From NCBI GenBank assembly GCA_043767805.1, contig JAYUGC010000014.1, positions 1 through 64,000 of the forward strand: DNA of 64,000 bases, given 5' to 3'. The translations under genes were made by a program, and so were the position numbers. Position 1 is the stretch's first letter; every line of letters begins with the position of its first letter. The notes below the pieces were generated by a model. The model saw nothing but the letters and a program-made list of their open reading frames with translations. It ran no database searches and was not told the origin of the DNA. This document shows, one piece after another, positions 47,820 through 57,623 of the stretch. The DNA is from Pseudomonadota bacterium. GTDB lineage: Bacteria > Bdellovibrionota > FAC87 > UBA2466.

Positions 47820-49037
47820 ATGCGAACCCAGATCAGAGTAGGGCTGTTGGCCCTGTTTATTTCGGTATCAGCTTTTGCCGTCGACGCGCGCGTCGCGGGC
47901 GAGGCCAGTAACCAATTCGGCGTTCAACTTTTTAAATCGACCACGAAGCGGACGGCGAAGGGAAATAAATTTCTTTCGCCGCTCTCGGCGTACTTAGCGC
48001 TCTCGATGGCCTACAACGGCACCGAGGGAACTACCCAAGCCGAGATGGAAAAAGCGCTCGCGCTCACGGGCATGACCCGCGATGAAGCGAACGATGCCAA
48101 TCGTCAGCTCATCGCCGCGCTCACCACGGGCCGCGACTTTGACTTGAGCGTCGCCAACTCCCTCTGGGCTCGTAACCAGTTCGTGATGAAGGACACCTTC
48201 TTGAATCCCGTGCGCACGAACTACGGCGCTCGCCTCGAGATGCTGGACTTCGATTTGCCCACCGCCTCGAAAACGATCAACGACTGGGTTAAGACCGCGA
48301 CCCATAGCAAGATCGACTCCATCGTTCCGGACAAGCTCGATCCGCAGCTTCGCCTGGTGCTCATCAACGCGACCTACTTCGAAGCGAAGTGGACGGCCCC
48401 GTTTCAAAACTCGGGCACGTACAATGAGCCCTTCAAACGCCCTGACGGCACGCGCGTGATTGTCCCCACCATGCACAAAGCCATGGTGGGTAAGCACCTG
48501 AAGGCCAGAGAGTATGAGGCCATCGAGCTCCCGTACGGCAAATCGGCGGAAGCCTCGATGATCGTCGTGGTCCCCACGGACCTCGCGGCTTTCGAGACCG
48601 CGCTCTCGGCCAATCAATGGAAATACATCGCTACTCAGCTCACCGCCGCGCCGGCCGAGCTCGGAACGCTTGCGCTTCCGAAAGTGGAGATCACCTACGA
48701 GTCGAGCCTCGTCGATTCGCTCAAGCAACTCGGCATGGTTCGGGCCTTCGATCTGAAGAACGCTGAGTTTAAGCCGTTGAGCGACGAACAAGTCGGCATC
48801 TCCGATGTGCTTCAGAAAACCTACGTAAAGGTATTCGAAGAAGGCACCATCGCCGCGGCCGTCACGAGCGTCAGCGTCGGTGCGGCTTCGATTCCGCAGT
48901 ACAAATTCCAAATGAAGGTGGATCGCCCGTATCTCTTCGGCATCCAGGACAAGAAAACCGGCACGCTCCTTTTCATGGGAACCGTGCAGGAGCCCGAAGG
49001 CGGCAAGCTTCCGCCTCCGCCGAAGCCTCGCCCTTAG
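47820..49037 (+). CDS. Secreted serpin (serine protease inhibitor)
   Basis: FLSPLS, INDWV, LINATYF-x-x-KW, EEGTIAAAVT hinge, DRPYLF, LFMG. Confidence 0.93.
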   Translation: MRTQIRVGLLALFISVSAFAVDARVAGEASNQFGVQLFKSTTKRTAKGNKFLSPLSAYLALSMAYNGTEGTTQAEMEKALALTGMTRDEANDANRQLIAALTTGRDFDLSVANSLWARNQFVMKDTFLNPVRTNYGARLEMLDFDLPTASKTINDWVKTATHSKIDSIVPDKLDPQLRLVLINATYFEAKWTAPFQNSGTYNEPFKRPDGTRVIVPTMHKAMVGKHLKAREYEAIELPYGKSAEASMIVVVPTDLAAFETALSANQWKYIATQLTAAPAELGTLALPKVEITYESSLVDSLKQLGMVRAFDLKNAEFKPLSDEQVGISDVLQKTYVKVFEEGTIAAAVTSVSVGAASIPQYKFQMKVDRPYLFGIQDKKTGTLLFMGTVQEPEGGKLPPPPKPRP

Positions 49038-49053
49038 TGGGTTAGCGTTCTCC

Positions 49054-49135
49054 AAGAGACCCCGGCGGGCGCCATTCAACGTTCAAGCTTAGCTTGAACG
49101 TTGAATGGGTACGGCCTGCCGGGGTCTCTTTTTTT
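49054..49135 (+). terminator. Unusually long composite hairpin / terminator
   Basis: Outer 17-bp stem (49054-49070/49114-49130), inner 18-bp perfect inverted repeat (49072-49089/49091-49108), then a T run. Confidence 0.75.
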
Positions 49136-49181
49136 GGGCGAGACAACTCGGATAAAACCGGCTAAAAAGTCGGGTAGTTAC

Positions 49182-49253
49182 TGGGGCGTAGAAAAGCGGT
49201 AATTCACTGGATTTTGATTCCAGCATTCCCAGGTTCGAATCCTGGCGCCCCAA
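49182..49253 (+). tRNA. tRNA-Gln (anticodon TTG), CCA not encoded
   Basis: Acceptor TGGGGCG/CGCCCCA, anticodon arm CTGGA-TTTTGAT-TCCAG, T arm CCAGG-TTCGAAT-CCTGG. Confidence 0.95.
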
Positions 49254-49309
49254 TTTTTTAGTCACTCATGGTTCACGGCTCAACCTCCCGAAATTCCTGG
49301 AGATCGACC

Positions 49310-50005
49310 TCAGCGCTTTTGAAAGAAGAGCGAGTGGAAGTCCGATACGAGCCGAAGCCAAGTCAACGCCCGGGACACCGCGCTTTTCGAAATCTTCAGC
49401 TTGAAGGTTTCCACGGGCTTCGTCGGTTTCAATGTCTCGTGAGTCACGAGACCGTCTCTGGTTGTGAGAGTGAGAAGCGCGCTCTGTTTGCAGGGAAGCG
49501 AAAGCACCGTCGGCGTCAGCCCGCCCGACCAAACGCGGTTCACCCGCACTTGAGTGCCGGAAGGCGTGGTTTCGAGCTCCACCAAGCAGCGAGGCCCGGA
49601 GCCCGGCACTTGATATACGGGAAAACCTTTTCCGTTGGTTTGTTGCGGCCGCGCGGTGGCGGGTTTCGACAAGGGGCTTAGGTACGAGTGAAACGCCGTC
49701 ATCCAAGCGCCGCCCAAAAATCCCAAGACGATCAAAACATAGAAGCTGCGAGAGACGGGCTGGCGGTCGGGCGCTGAAACGCGGGGACGGCGGAAGGAAC
49801 GCGCTTTGAAAGGCTTGGTGATGAGCACCCGTTCGCCTGTTTCCCGTCGCTCGGGCTCGGGAGTCGGCATCGCCTTCGGTTCCCACGACGGCTCACGGCG
49901 CGCGGGTGGCTGATGGCGCCCGCTGTCGGGGCTCTCGTCGATGGGAACGAGGTCGTGTTCCTTGGTATCGATCGCGAGGTTGTTTTTTTTGGGCTTTTTG
50001 GTCAA
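49310..50005 (-). CDS. Bitopic membrane protein with PEGA-like C-terminal domain
   Basis: TTG start after GGAGG; disordered N-terminus, one TM, ETTPSGTQVRVN...GLTP. Confidence 0.6.
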   Translation of the reverse strand: MTKKPKKNNLAIDTKEHDLVPIDESPDSGRHQPPARREPSWEPKAMPTPEPERRETGERVLITKPFKARSFRRPRVSAPDRQPVSRSFYVLIVLGFLGGAWMTAFHSYLSPLSKPATARPQQTNGKGFPVYQVPGSGPRCLVELETTPSGTQVRVNRVWSGGLTPTVLSLPCKQSALLTLTTRDGLVTHETLKPTKPVETFKLKISKSAVSRALTWLRLVSDFHSLFFQKR

Positions 50006-50041
50006 GAAAGCAGATCCTCCGACGCGGGGTTTCCCAATGAC

Positions 50042-50069
50042 GTTTCGGCTTAAGGCCGCGCTTTCTTGA
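50042..50069 (-). promoter_or_regulatory. sigma-28-type promoter
   Basis: Minus strand TCAAG-N15-GCCGAAAC. Confidence 0.45.
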
Positions 50070-50137
50070 ACTAAATTTATACGTCGTGTCGAATGCTTGA
50101 CGGCGCCACCGCTTGCGAGTTTGATCGGCGCAGTTCC

Positions 50138-50560
50138 ATGCAACTCTCTCCCTTTCATATCCTGGGCCTCTCGCTTCCGACTTTGGTGATGCTTTTTGCG
50201 TTATCCGTGCCTTCGCTCGGCGGACCGCGCGTGCACCGCGAAGTGTACGGAGATGGCCACATGGAGTTCGAAGCGCGGTTTGATACCAATCCGGATGGTT
50301 TCCTGCGCCGCCGCGATCCGGCCGGAGTGAAGTTCGCGGGCTTTTTCCGCGAAGCCGCTCGCAGTGTCGAAGTCGAAGGCGTCCGCTTTCTGAAACAGGG
50401 AAAGCCCCTCTATCGTTTCAAGGGCGAGGGCGGATCGGGAGAGGGCGAGCTGTCCGCCGGCCGGGGCGGATGCCCGGGCGAGCTGCACGTGCGTTGGCAA
50501 GAAGCGGGAACGAGCTCGCGCGAAGGCGTCTTGCCTTCGGGCCCGTGCCACGCCTTTTAA
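50138..50560 (+). CDS. Hypothetical secreted protein
   Basis: Hydrophobic N-terminus, fills gap, stop overlaps the stop of the convergent gene. Confidence 0.45.
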   Translation: MQLSPFHILGLSLPTLVMLFALSVPSLGGPRVHREVYGDGHMEFEARFDTNPDGFLRRRDPAGVKFAGFFREAARSVEVEGVRFLKQGKPLYRFKGEGGSGEGELSAGRGGCPGELHVRWQEAGTSSREGVLPSGPCHAF

Positions 50561-52035
50561 TCTTCCAAGTCCACCGTTCTGAAATCCCAGTTGCCCAAAA
50601 TATCCCGGGAGAGATTGGAAACTCGTTCGGCCACGAGCGATTGCCGGCGAATGCCGAGCAGAGGGAGCACCATCGCCTGAGTCTGCACCAGATCTTTTTC
50701 CACGTTCTGCAAGGTCAGATTCTTTTCCTCGAGCGTCGGCGACCAGTCCGCGTCGGCGAGTTTTTCTTCGAGGGCGCGCACGCGGTTGTGTCCCCAACGC
50801 TCGCCGTAGAGAGTGAGCCAACGTTTCAGATCCGTTTCGGGATGCAGGGGATTCCACGTCGCTTCGACGATGAGGCCCGGGGCGACCGAAGAGCTCGGGC
50901 TCAAGCCGAGGCGTTTCCCCCATTGAGCTTGGAGATTCGCCGCAAGCTCCGCGGGGGTCGCGGACTCGGTGCCGTGAACCGTATGCAAAAGAGGAGCGTG
51001 GCGGTCGGGGAGTGCGCTCAAATGTTTCGCGGCGCTCTCGGGCGCGAAGGCGATGGCCCAGCTCGGGACGGGCGCTTCCGCCGGGGCGGCAATGAGGCGG
51101 GTGATGCGGTAATGAGGCCAGTGCAAGAGCGGCAAAATCTCCGCGGGATCGACTGCCTGGATGAGCGAGCGCCGCCCGATCTCGTCAAAGCCACCGGGAG
51201 GTAAGACGAGAAACCAACCGGTTGGCACCGCGAAGGATTTTAGCCGGGGGTCGCCGGCCAAGGCCGCCGTGGTGGACTCGCTCAAGCCATCGACCGCGTC
51301 GGACTCCCTGGCGAAGAAACTTTGAACACGATGCGTTGCGTTCTTCATGCCCGGCATCAGCTCAATGCCGTCCAGGGGAGTGGCGCTGCCAAAATAAAAA
51401 GGATTTCGTTCGAAGCGGTCCGCCGTCTCGCCGGGCCGGAAAGGGCCGAGCCCCAAGCCCGCGTGAAAGGGCCAGGCCGCCGGCGAGGCGAGCCACATGG
51501 GAAAATCGGGGGCCGGCCCGGTGAGCCAGACACGAAAGTGGCGTGCGTCCTCGATTTTGATGCCCACCCGACTAAAAGGGGCCCGGCCGTGACAGAAAGC
51601 GCGCGCCGCTTCGATGCGGCCGAAGGTTTCCATGGCCGCGGGATAAGCGCGGCACCGGGAAATCACCTGTTTCCAGGACTCGATCACGTCCGCCGCGGTG
51701 AAACTCGTGCCGTCGCTCCACTTCAGGCCGTCGCGGAGCTCGATTCGCCAGGAGCTCGGTGTCACCGCTTTCAAACTTTGCGCAAGTGCCGGCGCCGCGA
51801 TCCATTGTCCCGAGGTCCAGCTTGCTCGCACCAGTCCTTCTTGAGTCAGGCAAGCGGGAGCGGAGAGAAAAGGATGCCGCTTCATCTCGCTCGCCGGACA
51901 AAGATCCTGGGCGTCGCCCGACCAACGAAGCCACTTTGCTTTTATCGTCGATAAACTGGGCGCGGGCGCTTTCGAACAGGCAGCGAGAAGGCCCAAAAGA
52001 AAAAGAGAAAAAAGAATTCTGCTTGACACCCGCAT
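50557..52035 (-). CDS. ABC transporter substrate-binding lipoprotein, family 5 (OppA-like, divergent)
   Basis: Lipobox LAAC; PALA-x-S, LRDGLKWSDG-x-x-FTAADV, GLGPF, ERNPFY. Confidence 0.8.
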   Translation of the reverse strand: MRVSSRILFSLFLLGLLAACSKAPAPSLSTIKAKWLRWSGDAQDLCPASEMKRHPFLSAPACLTQEGLVRASWTSGQWIAAPALAQSLKAVTPSSWRIELRDGLKWSDGTSFTAADVIESWKQVISRCRAYPAAMETFGRIEAARAFCHGRAPFSRVGIKIEDARHFRVWLTGPAPDFPMWLASPAAWPFHAGLGLGPFRPGETADRFERNPFYFGSATPLDGIELMPGMKNATHRVQSFFARESDAVDGLSESTTAALAGDPRLKSFAVPTGWFLVLPPGGFDEIGRRSLIQAVDPAEILPLLHWPHYRITRLIAAPAEAPVPSWAIAFAPESAAKHLSALPDRHAPLLHTVHGTESATPAELAANLQAQWGKRLGLSPSSSVAPGLIVEATWNPLHPETDLKRWLTLYGERWGHNRVRALEEKLADADWSPTLEEKNLTLQNVEKDLVQTQAMVLPLLGIRRQSLVAERVSNLSRDILGNWDFRTVDLED

Positions 52036-52157
52036 TTGAAACTCATTGTAACCTCGGATCGCTTGAAGATCGCTGGGGAAATTATTTGACCGCCTTTTTA
52101 CGAATTGCTAAATCCTCTGTTCGACACGCTTTTCAGACATGGGGAGGAATCACTAAA

Positions 52158-52430
52158 ATGAATAAGGCTCAGCTTGTGGAGCATCTCGCCTCGGAAGTCC
52201 AGCTTACGAAAGCCGACTGCGAACGCATTCTCGATAACGCTCTCGACACGATCCGTAAGACCGTGAAGAAGGGCGATGACGTGACGCTCGTTGGTTTCGG
52301 CACGTTCACGCGCACGAAGCGAAAGGCTCGCAAAGGCCGTAACCCGCAAACCGGCGAAGCGATCAAGGTTCCCGCTCGCACCGTTCCGAAGTTTCGCCCT
52401 GGAAAGGGTTTCAGAGACTTCCTGAACTAA
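52158..52430 (+). CDS. hup: DNA-binding protein HU
   Basis: MNKAQLV...LVGFGTF...RKGRNPQTGE...PKFRPGK. Confidence 0.96.
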   Translation: MNKAQLVEHLASEVQLTKADCERILDNALDTIRKTVKKGDDVTLVGFGTFTRTKRKARKGRNPQTGEAIKVPARTVPKFRPGKGFRDFLN

Positions 52431-52444
52431 TTTTTTGGAACTTC

Positions 52445-52485
52445 AAAGGCCCCCGGTGCATTTTTGTGCCGGGGGCCTTTTTTTT
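52445..52485 (+). terminator. Intrinsic terminator
   Basis: AAAGGCCCCCGG...CCGGGGGCCTTT plus T run. Confidence 0.85.
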
Positions 52486-52547
52486 AGAGGTCAAAAGCCC
52501 CGTCCGAGTTAAGATTTATAGTGAATCCAGAAAAAAAGGGGGCCTTG

Positions 52548-52913
52548 ATGACCGTGACGGAACTGATCGTGGATGCGTACGGCTGTACTGCGGATCTCAG
52601 TGACACCGACCGTCTCATGGAAGTTGCCCGGCAAGCGGCCCGATCCGTAGGCGCGACTATCGCGGAAGAGTCCTGCCATCGTTTTCAACCCCATGGCATC
52701 ACGCTCTGTCTGATTCTGAAGGAGTCCCATCTCATACTGAGCACCTGGCCCGAGCACGGTCTGGTCATTGTAAACGTGTTTCTGTGCCATCCTCAGATGA
52801 ACACGCACACCGTTTGGGAAACGATCTCCAAGTTCTTAAGGCCCACGCGTACCACGTTCCATTCCGTGGACCACAAGATCGGCAAGCAGGTAAAAGCCAT
52901 CAGTGCGGCTTGA
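52548..52913 (+). CDS. speD: S-adenosylmethionine decarboxylase proenzyme (short class)
   Basis: HRFQPHGIT...LKESH (pyruvoyl cleavage site)...TWPE...FLC. Confidence 0.85.
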   Translation: MTVTELIVDAYGCTADLSDTDRLMEVARQAARSVGATIAEESCHRFQPHGITLCLILKESHLILSTWPEHGLVIVNVFLCHPQMNTHTVWETISKFLRPTRTTFHSVDHKIGKQVKAISAA

Positions 52914-52942
52914 GTCCTCGGCTGAACCAAGGCCGAAAAAGC

Positions 52943-54037
52943 TTAGAGCATCTCGAGCGTTTCGGTGTCGCCGCGTTTTCCGTCCACGCCGACCTGGAAC
53001 GACTGCACGAACTCGCCAGGCCCGTCTTCTCGCTCGTAGCTCACTTCGACGCTGAGTCTTTCGGGGATCGTCGCGAGCTCCAGCGTCATGAGGCCGTCTG
53101 AAGAAAGGGTGGCGGCTCCCAAGTCGCGCTCAGTGCCATCGAACTCGCGCTGGAATAGATGGGCCGAGACCGGCTTCAATAGAATCCATTCGCCGCGCTC
53201 GACCTGGTTGTAGATGAAGTCATCTTTGCCGAGCTTACCGATAGCAATCGCCGGGCCGGGTTTCGGGGCAACGATGCCTTTCAGTACGAAGCCACCCTCG
53301 GGCTTGCGTTCACCGGTCCAAATCCGAGTCTGATAGAAGCGATGGGTTTGCGGCATGGCGAGATACGCGTTCGAAAGAGACGCGTAAATCCCGGGAGAAG
53401 ACTCCCATGGGGTGAGTCGCCCCTTCGGCTCGGTGAGACGCTTCACGACCGGGCGATAAGCCTCGGAATCTTGCGAAAAAAACTCGAGCGCTTGATCCTC
53501 GGAGAGGAGAGTCACTTCTCCTCCTTCACGCACGTTGGGGTGGAACACGATGAACTTGTCCTCACAATCGCGGAACGCCTTCGGGACGAGGGCATCCAAC
53601 CGCGCGTTCGCGCCGAGTAATCTTTCCGCGGTGGACTTATTGCCTTCCTGCACGGAGATATATTTTCCTTCTTCTCCGCGCACTCTTTGGTAAACGATCC
53701 GGCCTTTTCCTTCCATGCGAAAGACCACGACCGATTCGCACTTCATGCGGAAAGACAGATGCTCATCGGGAGCGATGGAAAGGGAAGCGGACCAGCCCCA
53801 TTGCGCGAAGTCGCGGTCTTCGGCGAGGATCTGCGCGCGGCCGGGGCCGAGGAAAATGATCTGAGAGTAAGCTTTGCCCTGCTGCGCTTCGATGAGAGAG
53901 GGCGCGGTGACGTAATTGCCTCGCCACCCCAAAGGCGGCTTTCGGCTCATCACGGAAATGCGGTTGTTGTTGGAACAACCCCACAAGGCCAGAGACAGAA
54001 CTCCGATAAGGAAAGCTCGCGCCAAAGTAACCTCCAA
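52943..54037 (-). CDS. Lipoprotein, hypothetical
   Basis: Lipobox LWGC; 364-aa ORF. Confidence 0.65.
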   Translation of the reverse strand: MEVTLARAFLIGVLSLALWGCSNNNRISVMSRKPPLGWRGNYVTAPSLIEAQQGKAYSQIIFLGPGRAQILAEDRDFAQWGWSASLSIAPDEHLSFRMKCESVVVFRMEGKGRIVYQRVRGEEGKYISVQEGNKSTAERLLGANARLDALVPKAFRDCEDKFIVFHPNVREGGEVTLLSEDQALEFFSQDSEAYRPVVKRLTEPKGRLTPWESSPGIYASLSNAYLAMPQTHRFYQTRIWTGERKPEGGFVLKGIVAPKPGPAIAIGKLGKDDFIYNQVERGEWILLKPVSAHLFQREFDGTERDLGAATLSSDGLMTLELATIPERLSVEVSYEREDGPGEFVQSFQVGVDGKRGDTETLEML

Positions 54038-54139
54038 GTGACGAAATCGAAAAGGACGAGCAGTTTAGCTAAAGGCGCAGTCCCGCCGCGAGGACAAAGA
54101 ATGTCACCGGCTTAAGTGCTTGAAATGGGGAACGAAGGC

Positions 54140-56002
54140 CTACTTGGCCCAGAGTCTAAAGGGCCACAAAATCACGTGCCCGTTCTTCGGGTTCACCTTG
54201 ATGTTCAGCTGCTCCTGCGGCTGCAGATAGAAGAGGAAACCCATGAACATCTCATCCTGAGTGCGCTCTCCGTTGATGGGAGCGATCTTATGGTTGGGGT
54301 TGTAGGTGTTCATGTCGGAGTTATCGTACAGCGCATGAAAAGTGAGTGGCGTGTTCTTACGCAGAATCATCGAGCCAGGTGTAAGCAGGTAAGCCATCTG
54401 CCAGGAGAAGCTATAAGCCGGCACTTCGGCGACTTTCTTCTCATTCGCGCCGTAACCTTGAGTGAGCCACATGGCTTTCCCGCGCAAATGCATGTGGGGA
54501 TAGAAGCCCACGAGATCCATGTCCTCAGGCGCTAACTTCGGCACGGTCAAGCGGACGTCGCCATCGCCCGCGGGAATATTGAAATTCCCGTGCTCGCTGA
54601 TGGAGAACATCATGCTCTTGAGCCGCTTGGTGATGGGGCCGCGGGCGTAACGGATGCCTACTCTGATGTTGGCAACCTCATCTCGTCCGGAGGCGACGAA
54701 ATGGATTTGAAAGCCGAGGACCGAGAGCGCGGGAATCACCACGCCGATGCCTTGGCCGAGCTTCTTCGTTTCCAAAGGCGTCGCGCCGGGTACATAGCCC
54801 GCGAGGAAAGTATTCGCCGAAGCGCCTTCGCCGGTACGGATGCGCTCCTGGACGTTCCAGAAAATTAAGTTCGCGTGGTGAGTGACGGTTTTATTGGTGG
54901 GAAGAATCTCGATGGACTCAATCCAAGTGTCTCTCGCGAAGGCCGTGGGCAAGACGGCGTTGACGTATTTTTCGTCGGCGCTTGCCTTCACGATGAAATC
55001 GGTGCGGAAGGTCAAAATCTTGTCCGGAGTGCCGATCTTCCATTCGGAAGTATTCTTAGGCGGGAGGACCTTTGCTTCCGACGGGCTTCCTTCGCGCTCG
55101 CCGCCCCGGATCCAGGACTCGAGAGTGAGCTTGTCGGTTTCCGTCATCTCTCGGTGATTGAGAAAGCGATACACTTTCTTTTGAGAGAACGCCGGCGGCA
55201 TGATCTCCGCTTTCACGAAGCTCAGGATCGTCGAGTCGTGGTCTTTCACGTCCTCGTAAGAGACGAGCGGGAAGGGGGCTTCTCCGCCGTCCCGATGGCA
55301 ATCCCAGCAATTGCGGCTGAGGATCGGCTGAATGTCTTTATAGAAGGAAATGTCGTGGCTATCGGGAAGCACGGGCTTGTCGTAATCCATGACGCAGCCT
55401 TCGGAAGGCGTCTCCGAAATCTCAGGCGTTCTGGCGACCAATAAGCGCAGCGCGCGGTGGAGCTCTCCTTCGAGGATGTTGGCGGCGGGCTTACTGCCCG
55501 CGTGTCCCACGCGGCCGTCGATGCGGCCGCGATAAATCATCCGCCCGCCTTTTTGAATCACGACGACTTGAGGCGAGCGCTTGACCCCCAGAATCTGTCC
55601 CGCGAAGACTTCGTTCTCGGGGTTGGAAATGTCGGGCTCGGGCAAATCTTTTCCCATGAGAAAGGGAATGTTCATGTCCACGCGGTAGGTGGCCGTATCC
55701 AAAATGGATTGGTTCGGGCGGCCGTAGAGGCCGACGAACTCGACGCCTTGCGCGCGAAACTCCTTATAGAGCGCGGCGAGGGTCGGGGCCTGGCGCTTCG
55801 CCAAGGGGCAATCGAGAAGGCCGAAGACTAAGACGTAAGCTTCGCGCGTGGGGAGATCCGAGTAATGGCGGCGGACTTTGTCCGTATCGAGGAAGCTGAA
55901 GTTAGGCACGATCTCGCCGGGGTTCACGGTTTTGGGAGGAGCTCCAAAGGCGACCGAGGTCACTAAGCTCAAAGGACCGAGAAGTGTGGCGAAACGGACC
56001 AT
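54140..56002 (-). CDS. Redoxin + cytochrome c + copper type II monooxygenase-like fusion
   Basis: LDCPLA and YRGRID (redoxin), CWDCH (haem c), THHAN / PHMHLRGK / DEM (Cu ligands). Confidence 0.8.
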   Translation of the reverse strand: MVRFATLLGPLSLVTSVAFGAPPKTVNPGEIVPNFSFLDTDKVRRHYSDLPTREAYVLVFGLLDCPLAKRQAPTLAALYKEFRAQGVEFVGLYGRPNQSILDTATYRVDMNIPFLMGKDLPEPDISNPENEVFAGQILGVKRSPQVVVIQKGGRMIYRGRIDGRVGHAGSKPAANILEGELHRALRLLVARTPEISETPSEGCVMDYDKPVLPDSHDISFYKDIQPILSRNCWDCHRDGGEAPFPLVSYEDVKDHDSTILSFVKAEIMPPAFSQKKVYRFLNHREMTETDKLTLESWIRGGEREGSPSEAKVLPPKNTSEWKIGTPDKILTFRTDFIVKASADEKYVNAVLPTAFARDTWIESIEILPTNKTVTHHANLIFWNVQERIRTGEGASANTFLAGYVPGATPLETKKLGQGIGVVIPALSVLGFQIHFVASGRDEVANIRVGIRYARGPITKRLKSMMFSISEHGNFNIPAGDGDVRLTVPKLAPEDMDLVGFYPHMHLRGKAMWLTQGYGANEKKVAEVPAYSFSWQMAYLLTPGSMILRKNTPLTFHALYDNSDMNTYNPNHKIAPINGERTQDEMFMGFLFYLQPQEQLNIKVNPKNGHVILWPFRLWAK

Positions 56003-56186
56003 GGGCGCTCCCTTGGAAAATAGGATTGATGCGATGTGTTACCATTCTCCGCGGTTCGGGGTCAACGGAGAGGGTGGTTAATAAATCCTTTAATTCCGAC
56101 AATTTTTGTCACCTCGCTTTCTGCTTGGCTTGGAATAACTCGGTGCAGTAAATTCACCCGTCAATTTCTAAAAGTGAGGTTCTCGC

Positions 56187-57623
56187 GTGAAGGGTTCTCT
56201 ACTCTTGGTTTCGTTGTGGCTCTCGGCGCTGGCGTTCGCCGCGCCCGGCTTCTTTGGCGAAAAAGGCGACGGCTATCGCCCGCGCTGCTTAACGAATCCC
56301 GCGTCCCGGACGCATCTATTTTTCACCTGGAAAGAATCTGAAAAGACCGAGCGCAAAATTTGGGCGCGCGTGCGCCGCTTGTCTTGCGGGCAGTGGCGCT
56401 CGGCCGGCTCCTGGCTCGCGGTACATTCCTGGACGGAAGTCGCTCCCAATCAAGACGTCGTTCTCGGCTACCGTCTCGATGCGGCCACGCGCGAAGCGCT
56501 TCGCCAAGTTCGTTATGGGGCGAGTGAGCTGCGCGCGGAGCCCAAAGCCGCCGACTGGATCCGCGCCCACCCTATCGGGAAGTACACCCACGAGGTGAAC
56601 GTCGCGCTCACCCAACGTTTCGGCATGGGCTTCTCGGGCGACGTCTATCAGGCATGGATCGAGCTTCGTCCCGAAAATCATTCGGTGAGAGATCGGTATC
56701 GCTACTGGTTCAATGAAGTGCGCAAAGACGCGTCTCGCACGGACTCGCTCCGCCAAAGAATGAAGGGCCGCAAGGTGCTCATCTCTCTCGGCATGGGCTG
56801 GGATCCCAAATCGGCTTCCGTTGGCAGCGAAGTGGATACGTTCGCGCGCGAGATCGGCGCGATGGGCGCCGACGTCACCATCTTGAAGAACTATCCGTTC
56901 GACGACATTCAAAGCAACGTGGGCATTCTCTGGGAGCAGTTGAACGGCGAGCTCAATAAAGGAAGCGACGTCATTTTAATCGGCATGTGCAAGGGCTCGG
57001 TCGAGCTCATGGCCGCGTACTCACTCGCGACTCGTCAGTACCTCGACGCGCAAAAATCGCAAAACTCGAGAGCCCCGGGCCGTGGCCGGGTCGTTGCTTA
57101 CTTAAATCTCTCCGGCATGATCGGGGGCACGTTCTTGGGCGATGTCCTAAACCGCGTGCCTTTTCACGAAACGATCAGCGCTTACCTCCATGACGATTTC
57201 AAGGGCACCAAGCACGAGATCGGCCAGGCGCTACTTCAGTTAGAAACCATGGGCACGGCAGAGATCAGAAAATTCACGGCCAGCACTTGGGGCAAGGGCG
57301 TCCCCGCGGACACCGTCTATTTTAACGTCGTCGGCGTTCCGCCGGAATCCGGGATCGCGCCTTACGAAACGGGTCTGCTAAAGAGCCTGCGCGCCGGAAT
57401 CCGGCGCTACCAGCTCTCGAATGCGGCGAGCGATGCTTACATCGAGTACCCGTTGAACGAGCTTCCCGCGGGCCTTGGCAAAACTCAGTACACGCTCGTG
57501 TTGCCCGGCTCTCATATGTTGTGGGACGGCGTCTATCAGGGTGAAGTTATGAGCAAGACGGAAAATCGTCAGGCCCTGACAATGGCGATGTTTCACACAC
57601 TGCTCGACGTGATCCCGGACTAA
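56187..57623 (+). CDS. Secreted alpha/beta-hydrolase-like protein
   Basis: Signal peptide; VILIGMCKG nucleophile elbow, SDAYI, GSH. Confidence 0.55.
   Translation: MKGSLLLVSLWLSALAFAAPGFFGEKGDGYRPRCLTNPASRTHLFFTWKESEKTERKIWARVRRLSCGQWRSAGSWLAVHSWTEVAPNQDVVLGYRLDAATREALRQVRYGASELRAEPKAADWIRAHPIGKYTHEVNVALTQRFGMGFSGDVYQAWIELRPENHSVRDRYRYWFNEVRKDASRTDSLRQRMKGRKVLISLGMGWDPKSASVGSEVDTFAREIGAMGADVTILKNYPFDDIQSNVGILWEQLNGELNKGSDVILIGMCKGSVELMAAYSLATRQYLDAQKSQNSRAPGRGRVVAYLNLSGMIGGTFLGDVLNRVPFHETISAYLHDDFKGTKHEIGQALLQLETMGTAEIRKFTASTWGKGVPADTVYFNVVGVPPESGIAPYETGLLKSLRAGIRRYQLSNAASDAYIEYPLNELPAGLGKTQYTLVLPGSHMLWDGVYQGEVMSKTENRQALTMAMFHTLLDVIPD

Noticed and set aside
49182..49310. tRNA-Gln as prophage or island integration site
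   Set aside because: No integrase and no duplicate of the tRNA 3' end seen in the window
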